Part shown: positions 39,485 through 54,000 of the stretch, in pieces
Layout: every line of letters starts with the position of its first letter
How positions within the stretch are numbered: position 1 is the first letter of the stretch
Assembly: GCF_009914755.1 (NCBI RefSeq)
Contig: NC_060929.1
Source of the DNA: the human T2T-CHM13v2.0 reference genome, Homo sapiens
DNA length: 64,000 nucleotides
Strand: one strand, 5' to 3'
Made by a program: the position numbers and the translations under genes
Notes under the pieces: model-generated
Database searches by the model: none
Seen by the model: only the letters and a program-made list of their open reading frames with translations
Told to the model about the DNA's origin: nothing

Positions 39485-41079
39485 TCTGTCTAGAATCCTA
39501 AATGAACTGAAAGAGGCCATTTAAAGCTGCAAAGAAGACTTTGCTGATGCAACTCTTTGGGAATGCCCTTGAAATAATATGTACCATGTTGTCTGGGAAA
39601 ATAAGAGTAGGGATGAAAAAGGAAATGGATTATGCAGTTAAAGTAGCATGAGTTAAAATTACTGTCTTCTAGTTTAAGCCACTATCTGAGGAGCAATGAA
39701 ACATGTTAACACAATTCCCTAGTTTGCTTTTGTCTTTGAATTATTAAGTCCATCCCATTCAGATTAGGTCCTTCAAGTTAATGACTTATATTAACTCTTT
39801 ATTTGGTTTGTTCATAACCAAACCAAATAAAACCAAACACTAGTTTATAAACAGAGGCATTTCATCAAACTAGTGCAATAATGTCTTCTATTTTCCAGGA
39901 CAGGTGAAATTATCTTAACAGAAACATTCTATGTCCAGTTTTAATGCAACTCAAATTTGGTTTACTTGAAAGCATGCATAAAATGAACATACCCTTATAA
40001 ATTTGAGGCTGCAGTGACGTGCATCACTTTTGTTCCAAACTCTAGCTCACACTAGTTGGCAGAACTAGTTGCATGGCCCCCACCTAACTGGAATATGGCT
40101 GGGAAGTGTGGGGAGCAATTACGTATTTAGGAAGCAATAAGTATCTCTGCCACAGCTTCTGCTCACGTCGGCAGATGCACACCACTAATTTTTAAAATCA
40201 TACCATGTGTTCATAGAGATCTTACTTTCAAGTCTAAGGTGATTATTTTCAAATATATCATGCATTGAAACTTAACTCTCATTTCTATATTTGTACAGTT
40301 GGTGGAATAAGGAGCAGATTTTTTTCTCCTGCAAATGAAAACCTAAATTTATAAGATAAGGGCAAAACACAAGCGAGCTCTTATTTGTTTTAGTTCCAGG
40401 GGGAAAGAAACAGCTCTCTAGCTGAAGGGGTTATGACTTCTTCCCACTGCAGGTAGACTGTCATAAATACACATGGTGAAGACAGGAGATGAAATTGTTC
40501 CAAAAGACTGTGAGTCCCAGAGAAAACAACGTCCTTCCTTGTCCAATCGGGAAGAATGGCATTGCCTTCAGCATATCAGCAGGTGACAGGCTCAGGATGC
40601 TCTGGAAAGAGCATACTGAGTGCAGCCCTAACTCTTAACTAGAAGTTAATTTGTCCCAACACAAAAAATCTATCATTTCTATGAAAATATATAGCCAAGA
40701 AGCCAAAAACACACTTACATTTCATATATGGCATTGAGGCCTTAATTTAAATATTTCTAACCAGTTGTTTCAGACAGCTTGTATTTATGGCTTACATGCC
40801 TCAATTAATTTCAGGGACATTTTAGTGACTGAAGAAAATTCCTTTACAAAGCAGCATTTGGTGGTGGGCCTCTGAACCTAAAACAGAATCATCTGGAGAC
40901 ACTTACCAAGCCAAAGAGGATATGATATTACTTGACCAAAAAAGCATGGATTCTACAAGGTTAACACACTTGTTGTAGAACAAATGGTGACAGAACTGTT
41001 TTATGTGAGTCTCCATGTGAATTAGTGTGAACCTAAGGATTCATTAGGAAACAGCTATTATACAAACTACAAAGAGCTC

Positions 41080-41310
41080 CAGCAGTTCTCAAGGAAGGGA
41101 AGATTGCTTTCCTAGGAAGCAGCTGGAAATGGATAGAGTAACTTATTATTGTTTTTGTTTTTTAATTATGCCAAGTTTTTAGTGGGGGGCCTTTTGTGGC
41201 AATAGTGAATGGAGAGTCAGGGATACAAAATATCTTACAGTATGTGGGACAATCTTATAACAAAGAATTTCCTGCCAAAAATGGCAGTAATGCTCCAGCT
41301 GAGAAATGCT
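41080..41310. mobile_element. MER20-like hAT fragment
   Basis: Runs cagcagttctcaa...aatatcttacagtatgtgggaca...aaagaatt...ccaaaaatggcagtaatgc...gagaaa. Confidence 0.5.
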
Positions 41311-41618
41311 GAGCTAAACAAATACAAAAACTTAACAATAAAAGTTTAAAAAGCATGGAATATTTTTTATATTCCTCCTCTGATAAATCAGAACTCTATC
41401 ATATATCCAGAGAAACACATATTAGTCTGGAAAAAGAGATAAGATATATCTAGAGTTTCGATAAACTTGAAAAAAAGGTCAATAACATTTTAAGTTGGTT
41501 TTCGTTCACAAGTTTAAAATGTAATCTTTGATCCTTTGCTCTTTCTGAACAATGCAGTCCTAGAGGCATCAGGTGGGCTGAGCAAGGTAGGCATCCATGC
41601 TGGTGGTAGGGGGGCCTC

Positions 41619-42018
41619 TGCTATGCTTTGAGTGTTATGTATTCTCCCCCAAATTCATGTGTTGTAACCTAAGATCCAGTGTGATAGTACTAAGAGTTGA
41701 GGTCTTTGGAAGGTGATTAGGTCATGAAGGCTCTGCCTTCATGAATGGGATTGGTGCCTTATAAAAGTTCTAGAAGGAAGAGGCTACATCCTTCTGCCCT
41801 TCTGTTCCTTCTACCATGTAAGGACAGAGCATTCATCCTCTCTGGAGGAGGCAGCAACAAGCACCAACTTGGAACCAGAGATTGTGTCCTCGCCAGACCC
41901 TGAAGTTGCCAGTGCCTTGATCTTGCACTTTCAGCCTCCCAAACTGTGAGAAATAAATTTCTGTTCTTTATAAATTACCCAGTCTGTGGTACTTTATTAG
42001 CACAAACAGATTAAGACA
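41619..42018 (+). mobile_element. MaLR solo LTR (MLT1A/MSTD-like)
   Basis: Runs tgctatg...ccaaattcatgtgttg...aactgtgagaaataaatttctgttctttataaattacccagtctgtgg...ttaagaca. Confidence 0.8.
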
Positions 42019-42479
42019 TTCCTCATGATACAGAGCAGGGAGTTTGAGCCAAAGGAGGTGAGGAGGGCATCCAGGCAGAAAGTGGCCCCAGTACTGATGT
42101 TGGAGCTGAAGTGGGTTAAGCAGCTTCTCCACAGAGGGTCAGCAGTGCCAGTCCTGTGGAGGGAGTCACAACCCAGGCAGGATAAATGGAGCATCCACAC
42201 CATGGGGTGCATGGTGCGGGTGACATGAGATTTGTTACAAACAGGGAGATTGCCTAGTAAGTAAATGTATGAAGGATAACAAGAGACAGGTTTCTCACTG
42301 TCAAAGAAGGGAGTTACAAATCTGGAAAAGGAGATAGAATGGATCCTGTTGGCGTTGATTTGGAGGAATTGGAGGTATTAATGTGAATTCACAGTTGTCA
42401 ATATATACTGATGAATATGAAAGTAAATGTAAATGTGTGTATGTGTGTACACTTGTGTCTGTGTGTGTGTATTCACATA

Positions 42480-42820
42480 TAGTTGACCCTTTGTATCTAT
42501 GGGGGATTTGTTCCAGGACCCCGTGAGGACACCAAAATCCATGGCATCCCTGATATAAAATGATGTAGTATTTGCATACAATCTACACACATCTTCCCAT
42601 ATACTTTGAACTATCTCGAGGTTACTTATAATACCTAATACAACTTAAATGCTATGTAAATACTTGGTATACTGTTTTGTTTAGGGAATAATGACGAGAA
42701 AAAAAGTCTGTACATATTCAGTATGGATGCAAACATTCTTCCCCCCCCCGCCCAGATACTTTCAGTCTGCAGTTGGTTGAATCCACAGACGCGGAACCCA
42801 CAAATACAGAGGGCTGATTG
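42480..42820. mobile_element. MER2 (Tigger-derived) DNA transposon
   Basis: TIR-like ends tagttgaccctttgtatc and atacagagggctgattgt. Internal sequence ttccaggacccc...gtagtatttgcat. Confidence 0.75.
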
Positions 42821-43526
42821 TCCGTTCCACAGTTCTGTTCTCTGTCCACTGTCCACTGTGAAGGTCTAGAAACAATGACAATCGACAAGAAATAAACACA
42901 CACCTAAATGCTCAGCTTGTGGCTTTAAAAATATCATTATTCACTAAAAGGAACAAGGGTTTCTTGGAGAAGTAATTGACTCCAGAGTGCGGAAAGTGCC
43001 AGATGAGTCTGGAATGTCTTGCTATACCAGAAAGTAAAATATGCTCAAAGAATGATGGGGACACATCAAAGGTCACAGGAACCAGCTTGAAGAGGCTTCC
43101 TCTGGCTAAATATGGGATAATTTGAGCATCAAAATATGTAATGATAGTAAGAGATAATGATCCATTGAACAAAGATGGGTTTATATGATAAAAATAAATT
43201 ATTCACTTATATGAAGGACCAAGATATTTGTATTGTTTCAAGGTATCTCTCCACAAAATAGTTAATAATTCAAAGAGATAAAGACTATTTTTACAGAGGC
43301 AAACACCGCCTTAATCTAGGACTTTAAGTAGACATCATCGGTAATTGTGTGCCAGCTGAGAAATGAGAAAATCTTGGTATCACTTGTGTGATAAACCTGC
43401 CAAAGCTGAATAACCTGAATTTACTCATAAGAAAACATACTGTAAGCCCAAACTGACAGTCATCCTCCAAAATAACTGGTCTGTGAAATGGTTAAGACCA
43501 TGAAAACCAAGAAAAGACTGAGGAGC

Positions 43527-43865
<339 letters not shown>

Positions 43866-44604
43866 CTAAATTTAATTACTTTAATAACTAAATTTTATTC
43901 TGCACCAGGTCATTATAAAGGACATTATTGGGACAATTGGTGAAACCTGACTGTGGTCTAAAGTTTAGATGGGAATCATATATCCATATCAAATTCCTGA
44001 TTTTGATGATTATTGTGATTACATAGGAGAGTGTCTTTGTTTGGAAAAAAAAAAAGAACAAGACACACACACATTACAATTTTAGTGAGTAAAGAGGCAT
44101 CTTGTGAGCAATTTGCTATGAAATGGTCCAGCAAATTAAAAATAAATAAATAAATAAATAAGTAAAACATGCCCTCTGTACTGTATTTGCAACTTTTCTA
44201 TAAGTTTAGGATGGTTTTAAAATAAATAACGATGATAATAAACTTTTTTGAGTTCTTTCTATAAATTAAGCTGTTTACTAAGTCCTAGGGATACGGTAGT
44301 ATAAAAAAACTCAGTTTCTGCCACCTGGTTCTTACAGTCTAACAGGGAAAACAAGAGTTGAACAAGTAATTAAATGTGCAAGACAGAAAGGTATTCAACT
44401 GTAGAGATTCAAAGGATGGCCCCCTGAAAAAGTGGTCTTTATGTTAACGCTTTATTGGATTAGTTGGGTGAAGAGTGAATGAGTGTGTGTGCAATGAGAC
44501 ATGGGGATTTTGGATTTTGACAATAGGATATCAATGATAATCATATAATTATGTAAAATCCACTAGATAGTTAAAGAAACTAGTGACTTAAGATGTTCAC
44601 CATG

Positions 44605-44910
<306 letters not shown>

Positions 44911-45074
44911 CCAGATGTTGACCATCAATCCCAATGGATATTGAAATGTAGATACCAATAGTACATTTAAGCTTCTCAATAAATAGTTTAATTTATTGAG
45001 ATAATATCATTACTATTAAAATGTGTAAAAGTAGATTAATCTTTGAAAGAAAAACATGCTATAACATTTTAATT

Positions 45075-45829
45075 TTATTTTTTATTTTTTTAACTTTCAT
45101 TTTAGGTTCAGGGGTATATGTGCGGGTTTGTTGTATAGGCAAATTGTGTGTCAGGGTTTGCTGTACAAATTATTTCAAAACCCAGATAATAAGCATATTA
45201 CCTGATTGGCTGTATTTCGATCCTCACCCTCCTCCCACTCTCCACCTGTAAGCAGGCCATAGTGTCTTTTGTTCCCTTCTTTATATCCATGTGTGTGCAA
45301 TGTTTAGCTCCCACTTGTAAGTGAAACATGCTGTATTTAGTTTTCTGTTTCTGTGTTAGTTCACTTAGGATAACGGCCTCCAGCTCCACCCATGTTGCTG
45401 CAAAGGACATGATCTTGTTCTTTTTTACAGCTGCATAGTTTTCCATGGTGTATATGAACCACATTTTCTTTATCTAGTCTACCATTGATGGGTTGATTCT
45501 ATGCCTTTGATATCGTAAACAGAGCTGTGATAAACATATATATGCATGTGTCTTTATGGGAGAACAATTTATATTCCTTTGGGTATATACCCAATAATGG
45601 GGTTGCTGGATTGAATGGTAGTTCTGTTTTAAGGTCTTTGAGAAATCACCAAATTGCTTTCCACATAGTTGAACTAATTTACATTCCCACCAGTAGTGTA
45701 TAAGCATTCTCTTTTCTTTGCAACCTCACCAACATCTGTTATTTTTTTGACATTTCAATAAGATCCATTCTAACTGGAGTGAGATGGTATCTCATTGTGG
45801 TTTTTATTTGCATTTCTCCAATGATTAGT
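45075..45829 (-). mobile_element. L1 3' fragment (L1PB-like)
   Basis: Reverse L1 3'UTR and ORF2 C-terminus (MSFAATWVELEAVILSEL). Confidence 0.85.
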
Positions 45830-46895
45830 TAACATGTTGATTTTAAATAGCTACTTCACTCAAAGACATTCAATATATTTTTATTTATTAGCCCATTTTT
45901 TAAACATTATTCTAAGAAGAAGAAACGGTTCATCACTACAACTTCACACTTGGGAAAACTGAGGCAAATTACTTGCACAAGTCCACATAATTATTTAGAT
46001 GTAGATCCAGGACCACATCCTTAACTTTTAAACCCTTATCAAATTTTTTAAATTACTTGCACTGAAAACTGAGCCATGTTCATAGCTCAGAACATGAAAA
46101 AGAAGAAAATATTTTCTACTTCCTTAGGCATAGAAAAAAATAGATTTAGAAAGCAAGAATAACACTGAATCAGTGCAAATATAGTGTTAGTTTATCTGAT
46201 CAACATCAACTTGAATACTTTTCCCACTATAACCTCACTCAATTTCTCTTCTGTCTCAGACATTTTACATTTTGATGACTATTCTACTTCTAGAAAATTT
46301 CAGACCTTTTTTTTTGCAATTCATTCACAAACATAAATGAGCTCCTACTTCCATTCTTCTTAGCCTATTTTATCACAGATCACTTCAAGAAATTAATAAA
46401 AGTTGTGAACCTGTTGCTCCTCAAAATGTTTACCTATAGAAATATTTGCATAAAATTTCGGGAGTTTGGTAAGCACCCTCCCTTCTCAATGTATTCTGAG
46501 AATGAACCCTTGTAATTCTGTGTGCCAGCCATTGATTATCTCAATTTCATTTTCTGACAACCCTGTATGGAAAATACTGTATGGAAAGTCCTCATAGTAC
46601 AGTAGAGGTAACTGGGCCATATCAAGTAGCATACATAGGATTTGAATCAATTTATCTTGCCTCTTGTAGTATTTTTAACATATACAAAAGCCTTCAAAAG
46701 TCATCCACCTAAACTGGGAGGCTTCCCTTCAGCCTCATCCTTCCAATTAGCTTCTTCTGTGGGTTAACTGTTTTAACCATATTTCCACTCATCTGATAAA
46801 AATCAAGTCCAAGAAAGCTACAGGCTCCTCAGGATGCTCATAGAGTTATTATTTTATTAATTATTCTCTTGCTATGTGGTCTCTGAAAAGCCAGC

Positions 46896-47815
46896 TTTTT
46901 TTTATATATACTTTAAGTTCTAGGGTACATGTGCAGAACATGCAGGTTTGTTAACATATGTATACATGTGCCATGTTGATGTGCTGCACCCATTAACTCG
47001 TTATTTACATTAGGTATATCTCCTAATGCTATCCCTCCCCACTCCCCCCACCCCACAACAGGCCCTGGTGTGTGATGTTCCCCACCCTGTGTCTAAGTGT
47101 TTTCATTGTTCAATTCCCACCTATGAGTGAGAACATGTGGTGTTTGGTTTTCTGTCCTTGCGATAGTTTGCTGAGAATGATGGTTTCCAGCTTCATCCAT
47201 GTCCCTACAAAGGACATGAACTCATTATTTTTTATGACCGCTTAGTATTCCATGGTGTATATGTGCCACATTTTCTTAACCCAGGCTATCATTGATGGAC
47301 ATTTGGGTTGGTTCCAAGTCTTTGCTATTGTGAATAGTGCCGCAATAAACATATGTGTACATGTATCTTTATAGCAGCATGATTTATAATCCTTTGGGTA
47401 TATACCCAGTAATGGGATGGCTGAGTCAAATGGTATTTCTAGTTCTAGATCCCTGAGGAACCACCACACTGTCTTCCGCGATGGCTGAACTAGTTTACAG
47501 TCCCACCAACAGTGTAAAAGCGTTCCTATTTCTCCACATCCTCTCCAGCACCTGTTGTTTCCTGACTTTTTAATGATCGCCATTCTAACTGGTGTGAGAT
47601 GGTATCTCATTATGGTTTTGATTTGCATTTCTCTGATGGCCAGTGATGATGAGCATTTTTTCATGTATCTGTTGGCTGCGTAAATGTCTTCTTTTGAGAA
47701 GTGTCTGTTCATATCCTTTGTCCACTTTTTGATGAGGTTGTTTGATTTTTTCTTGTAAATTTGTTTAAGTTCTTTGTAGATTCTGGATATTAGCCCTTTG
47801 TCGAATGAGTAAATT
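46896..47815 (-). mobile_element. 5'-truncated younger L1PA (PA3-PA5-like)
   Basis: ORF2 C-terminal ORF at 47242-47712 ([18 protein letters not shown]), G-rich 3'UTR tract, and approximate TSD gaaa(a/g)g(c/g)cagcttttt on both sides. Confidence 0.93.
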
Positions 47816-48420
47816 GGAAAGGCAGCTTTTTAGAAAACCAGTGTAGCTTCTAGAGTCACTGGAAGCTGCTTTTTAAAGTTTCCAGTGAAGAATGGTCCCT
47901 TTGTCCATCTTCTATTTATAACAATCAGGCTGATTATTAATAGGATTGTCACTGGACTTGGCTTTCAAAGTTCTCAACCTTCTCCTTCTGTCTTGTGTAC
48001 CTCCTTGGTGACAATGTATCCTCATCTCTAGACCATTTCTGTGCCTTTCATCCTCTCTCAATATTAAACAAAGGAAAAACTATATGATAGTCACATGGAG
48101 TTTTGGAATAACTAGCTACATGTAACTGAAAATCAGGCAGGTGAAAACAGTACCTCAGCCAATAATTTACCTTTTTGTAATATTTATATGTCTAAATATG
48201 AAATAAAAATTTCACCCTCTTGTACTTCTATGCATTAGCAATCAGCAGGCAGATGGACAAGAGTATTGTTGTTGGTTTGACTGATGGATCATTATAATGA
48301 GCAAGAGGGAGAGTGTGTTGAATTTATCTAATTCCCATTAGATGAATTAAGCATGGGCATATTCATGTTTTGCAGAGCCTGAAGCATAAACAATTTGGGG
48401 ATCCTCTTTAAGAAAAATAG

Positions 48421-48740
<320 letters not shown>

Positions 48741-51058
48741 TTAGGTTAAAAAGTGGATATTTACTTAGAATAAAATATCATATCAAATCTCAATTATTAT
48801 AACACTGAAAATAACACAAATGTAAAAATACCCAGAAAAATAATATTTTTATTAGGTGACCCACCTCTGGCCCAGCATCACATGACATGATGCTGGATGA
48901 ATCAGCACGCTGGGAGTTAGGAATATCCTAGAAGTTAGTCCTATATTTAGATGGCAGGCAAAACTTAACTGTACATGGGAGTGGCAGAACACCACATAAA
49001 TATACTTCACCAAGCCCAAATGACATGCATCAACAATTCAACTTTCCTTGGCCAAATGCCCAGCCATTCCAACCAACATCACCCAACCTCAGGGGCTTTG
49101 CAAGTCGGGGGGATGTCTGAGTGGAATCACCACCCATCTTAACTACAATTTTTTCAGGTAATGTTAACATTGTAGGACACCTAGGAAAACAGCTGGTGCA
49201 ACTTTTATAATTTTGCCTAGTAGCAAATGATTGTCTTCTTTTGAGATTGACACATGATATTGGCCTTGGCACTGAATGTGGAAAGACACTCCCCTGTAAG
49301 TCTGCCTCTCTTCTCTCTGCAGGAGAGAACTCATACCTTCATCCATTTTCTCTAACATGAGCCCACCTCTAAGCTTCTCTAGCTGTGTCTCTGGATAAAT
49401 ATATCCTCTATACACTTAGTGATTTCTGCTACATGTGTTTTATTAGCAACTACAAAGATAAAGTTTTAGGAAAGGGACTCAGACTATTTTCTTTTCCTTC
49501 ATCTTATGGATAAAGAATCCCTCTCACAGCAGGAGTATAAATTATAAAAGGTTATAATTCAGATTCCCAGGCATCTAAAATAGTGTTTTAAATAATGTTT
49601 TATACTGCTCCCCTGTATCTGTGATAGAGAATTTCTCTTTTCTTTTCAGTATTATTCCAACTGAAGTTTGAAGTTTTCGCTTTGAATAATCTGTCTTTTC
49701 TTAACATTGAGCCAACTTTCAAGACAGCTTTGGTCCTCCATAAAGTTTTCTCTAGATATCAAATTTGTATTAGTCCTTTATGAAGCACTTACCATACTGT
49801 GTGGCAACTATGTCTCTAAACTAGATTATGAGCCATTTAGGGGCAAAGAATGTCTTGTTCACATTTACATGCACAATACACACATTACAGTGGCAAATAG
49901 CAACCACTAAATGTTTGCTGGACAAACTAATGCACATTTTAATAAAGAATACACATCACTAAAACATCCACACACTTACTTTAGAGAGGCATGACTATCA
50001 ATGAGAACATTTGAAACTTCGCCTGGCTTTTTTCATTTAATTGTTATCATGCAAGGCAATAGCAGTTGTGGAAGTTGATAGAGGTTTTAATTATTTTCAG
50101 ATAACCTCAAAAGGTTAGGCAGTGGAACTTTTAACTCTCGCAATCTAAGAAGAAAAATGCCTAGCTCACTGCACCCTAAAACACAAAAGCCCACAATTAA
50201 CCTTTTTTGGGTTCTGTTAAAAACAGATTTACATCACTTACTTTCTGAATCCATTGCCCTGAGGTACCATCTTCTCTAGTCTTCATTTTCTTCTTCACTG
50301 GTAAGAGTTAATAAAGGAGTCTTTTACATGGGTTCTGAAATTTGGAAAAAGCTGGCATGTCCTCCTACCACTGGATGCCAGGGAGATTGTGGGAAATCTT
50401 TGTTTTATTTTACTTGGTTCTTCTGCTTTGATTTCCTTTGCCTGAGGGTCCAGAGGTATAGGATACCCATCCACACTCTTAAATATAGGTAGAGAAAGAT
50501 ATAAGAAAACACCATGGAACAATAATATTTTGGCTCTGCTTAGGAAGAGGAGCAAATCTCTGAGTTGTCAGGAATTGATTTTCTAAAGGATATGGATCTC
50601 AGACTTTTTATTTCAGGGACCAATATCAACTTTTTATACTGGCAGACCAGACCTAGTATTAGCACCATTTCAAAGCAAAATATATTTTAACATGACAAAC
50701 TCTACAATCTCAGAATAAGGAATAATTATTTATATTGTATCAATTTAGCTTCATGAAAAATATATTACATTGTCCTATTCTTATTTTGCTACAGAACAGC
50801 AAAAAACACCATTACATTTAGAAACCTGACTGGGAGCTCTGGTCTTACTCTCTCCACATTCCTGAAATCTAATATTTATATAATTTTCATAAACATTTGG
50901 ATAAACTTTATAAATTTTTTAATAAACTTTTTATTTTATTATTCTAAATAATTTTTTGTTTTAATATTTCTATATTTTAGAATAATAAAGTAACAACTTT
51001 ATTTTAAAATAATTTTGTATTTATAGTTTTTCTCCCTTATCCATAGGGAATATGTTCT

Positions 51059-54000
51059 TTTTTTTTTTGAGTTGGAAAATTTCTTTTTCTTTCTTTTTTT
51101 TTTTTTTTAATTATACTTTAAGTTCTGGGATACATGTGCAGAACGTGCAGGTTTGTTACACAGGTAGACACATACAATGATGGTTTGCTGCACCCATCAA
51201 CCCATCATCTACATTAGGTATTTCTCCCAATACTATCCTTCCCCTAGCCCCCCAACAGGCCCTGTGGTGTGATGTTCCCCTCCCTGTGTCCATGTGTTCT
51301 CATTGTTCAACTCCCACTGAGTAACAACATGCAGTGTTTGGTTTTCTGTTCCTGTGTTAGTTTGCTGAGAATGATGGTTTCCAGCATCATCAATATCCCT
51401 GCAAAAGACATGAACTCACCATATTTTATGGCTGCATAGCATTCGATTGTGTATATTTGCCACATTTTCTTTATCCAGTCTATCATTGATGGGTATTTGG
51501 GTTGGTTCCAAGTCTTTGCTATTGTGAACAGTGCCACAGTAAACATACAGGTGCATGTGTCTTTATAGTAGAATGATTTATAATCCTTTGGGTATATACC
51601 CAGTAATGGGATTGCTGGGTGAAATGGTAATTCTAGTTTTAGATCCTTGAGGAATCACAAAGTCTTCCACAATGGTGGAACTAACTTATACTCCCATCAA
51701 CAGTGTAAAAGTGTTCCTATTTCTCCACATCCTCTCCAGTATCTGTTGCTTCCTGACTTTTTAATGACTGCCATTCTAATTTGCGTGAGATGGTATCTCA
51801 TTGTGGTTTTGATTTGCATTTCTCTAATAACCAGTGATGATGAACTTTTTTTCATGTTTGTTGGCTGTATAAATGACTTTTTTTGAGAAGTGTCTGTTCA
51901 TATCCTTTGCCCACTTTTTGATGAGGTTGCTTGTTTTTTTCTTGTAAATCTATTTAAGTTCTTTGTAGATTATGGATATTAGCCCTTTGTCAGATGGATA
52001 GATTGCAAAAATTTTCTCCCATTCTGTAGGCTGCCTGTTCACTCTGATGAGAGTTTCTTTTGCTGTGCAGAAGCTTTTTAATTTAATCAGATCCCATTTG
52101 TCAATTTTGGCTTTTGTTGCCATTGCTGTTGGTGTTTTAGTCATGAAGTCTTTGCCCATAACTATGTCATGAATGGTATTGCCTAGGTTTTCTTCTAGAG
52201 TTTTTATGGTTTTAGGTCTTAAGTTTAAGTCTTTAATCCATCTTCAGTTAATTTTTGTATAAAGTTTAAGGAAGGGATCCAGTTTCAGTTGTCTGCATAT
52301 GGCTAGCATTTTCCAACACCATTTATTAAATAAGGAATCCTTTCCCCATTGCTTCTTTTTGTCAGGTTTGTCAAAGATCAGATGGTTGTAGATGTGTGGC
52401 GTTATTTCTGAGGCCACTGTTCTGTTCCATTGTTCTGTATATCTGTTTTTGTACCAGTACCATGCTGTTTTGGTTACTGTAGCCTTGAAGTATAGTTTGA
52501 AGTCAGGTAGCATGATGCCTCCAGCTTTGTTCTTTCTGCTTAGGATTGTCTTGGCTATGCAGGCTCTTTTTTGGTTCCATATGAAGTTTAAAGTAGTTTT
52601 TTCCAATTCTGTGAAGAAAGTCAATGTAGCTTGATGGGGACAGCATCAAACCTAGGGCATTATGGCCATTTTCAAGATATTAATTCTTCCTATCCATGAG
52701 CATGGAATGTTTTTCCATTTCTTTGTGTCCTCTCTTATTTCCTTGAGCAGTGGTTTGTAGTTCTCCTTGAAGAGGTCTTTCACATCCCTTGTAAGTTGTA
52801 TTCCTAGGTATTTCATTCTCTTTGTAGCAATTGTGAATGGGAGTTCAGTCATAATTTGGCTCTCCCTTTATCTATTATTGGTGTATAGGACTGCTTATGA
52901 TTTTTGCATACTGATCTTGCATCCTGAGACTTTGCTGAAGTTGCTTATCAGCTTAAGGAGATTTTGGGCTGAGACGATGGGGTTTTCTAAATATACAATC
53001 ATGTCATCTGCAAACAGAGACAATTTGACTTCCTCTTTTTCTACTTGAATACCCTTTATTTCTTTCTCTTGCCCGATTGCCATGGCCTGAACTTCCAATA
53101 CTATGTTGAATAGGAGTGGTGAGAGAGTTCATCCTTGTCTTGTGCTGATTTTCAAAGACAATGCTTCCAAGTTTTGCCCATTCAGTATGATATTGGCTGT
53201 GGGTTTGTCATAAATAGTTCTTATGATTTTGAGATACGTTCCATCAATGCCTTGTTTATTGAGAGTTTTTAGCATGAAGAGCTGTTGAATTTTGTCAAAG
53301 GCCTTTTCTGCATCTATTGAGATAATCATGTGGTTTTTGTCATTGGTTCTGTTTATGTGATGGATTATGTTTATTGATTTGCGTATGTTGAACCAGCCTT
53401 GCATCCCAGGGATGAAGCCAACTTGATCATGGTGGATAAGCTTTTTGATGTGCTGTTGGATTCGGTTTGTCAGTATTTTATTGAGGATTTTTGCATCAAT
53501 GTTCATCAGGGATATTGGCCTGAAATTTTCTTTTTTTGTCATGTCTCTGCCAGGTTTTTGTATCAGGATTATGCTGCCCTCATAAAATGACTTAGGAAGG
53601 AGTCCCTCTTTTTCTATTGTTTGGAATAGTTTCAGAAAGAATGGTACCAGCTCCTCTTTGTACCTCTGGTATTATTCAGCTGTTAATCCATCTGGTCCTG
53701 GACTTTTTTTTTTTTTTTTGGTTGGTAGGCTATTAATTGCTGCCTCAATTTCCGAACTTGTTATTGGTCTATTCAGGGATTCAACTTCTTCCTGGTTTAG
53801 TCTTGGGAGGGTGTCTGTGTCCAGGAATTTATCCGTTCTTCTAGATTTTCTAGTTTATTTGCATAGAGGTGTTTATAGTATTCTCTAGTTGTAGTTTGTA
53901 TTTCTGTGGGATCGGTGGTGATATCCCTTTTATCATTTTTTATTGCATTTACTTGATTCTTCTCTTGTTTCTTCTATATTAGTCTGGCTAGTGGTCTATC

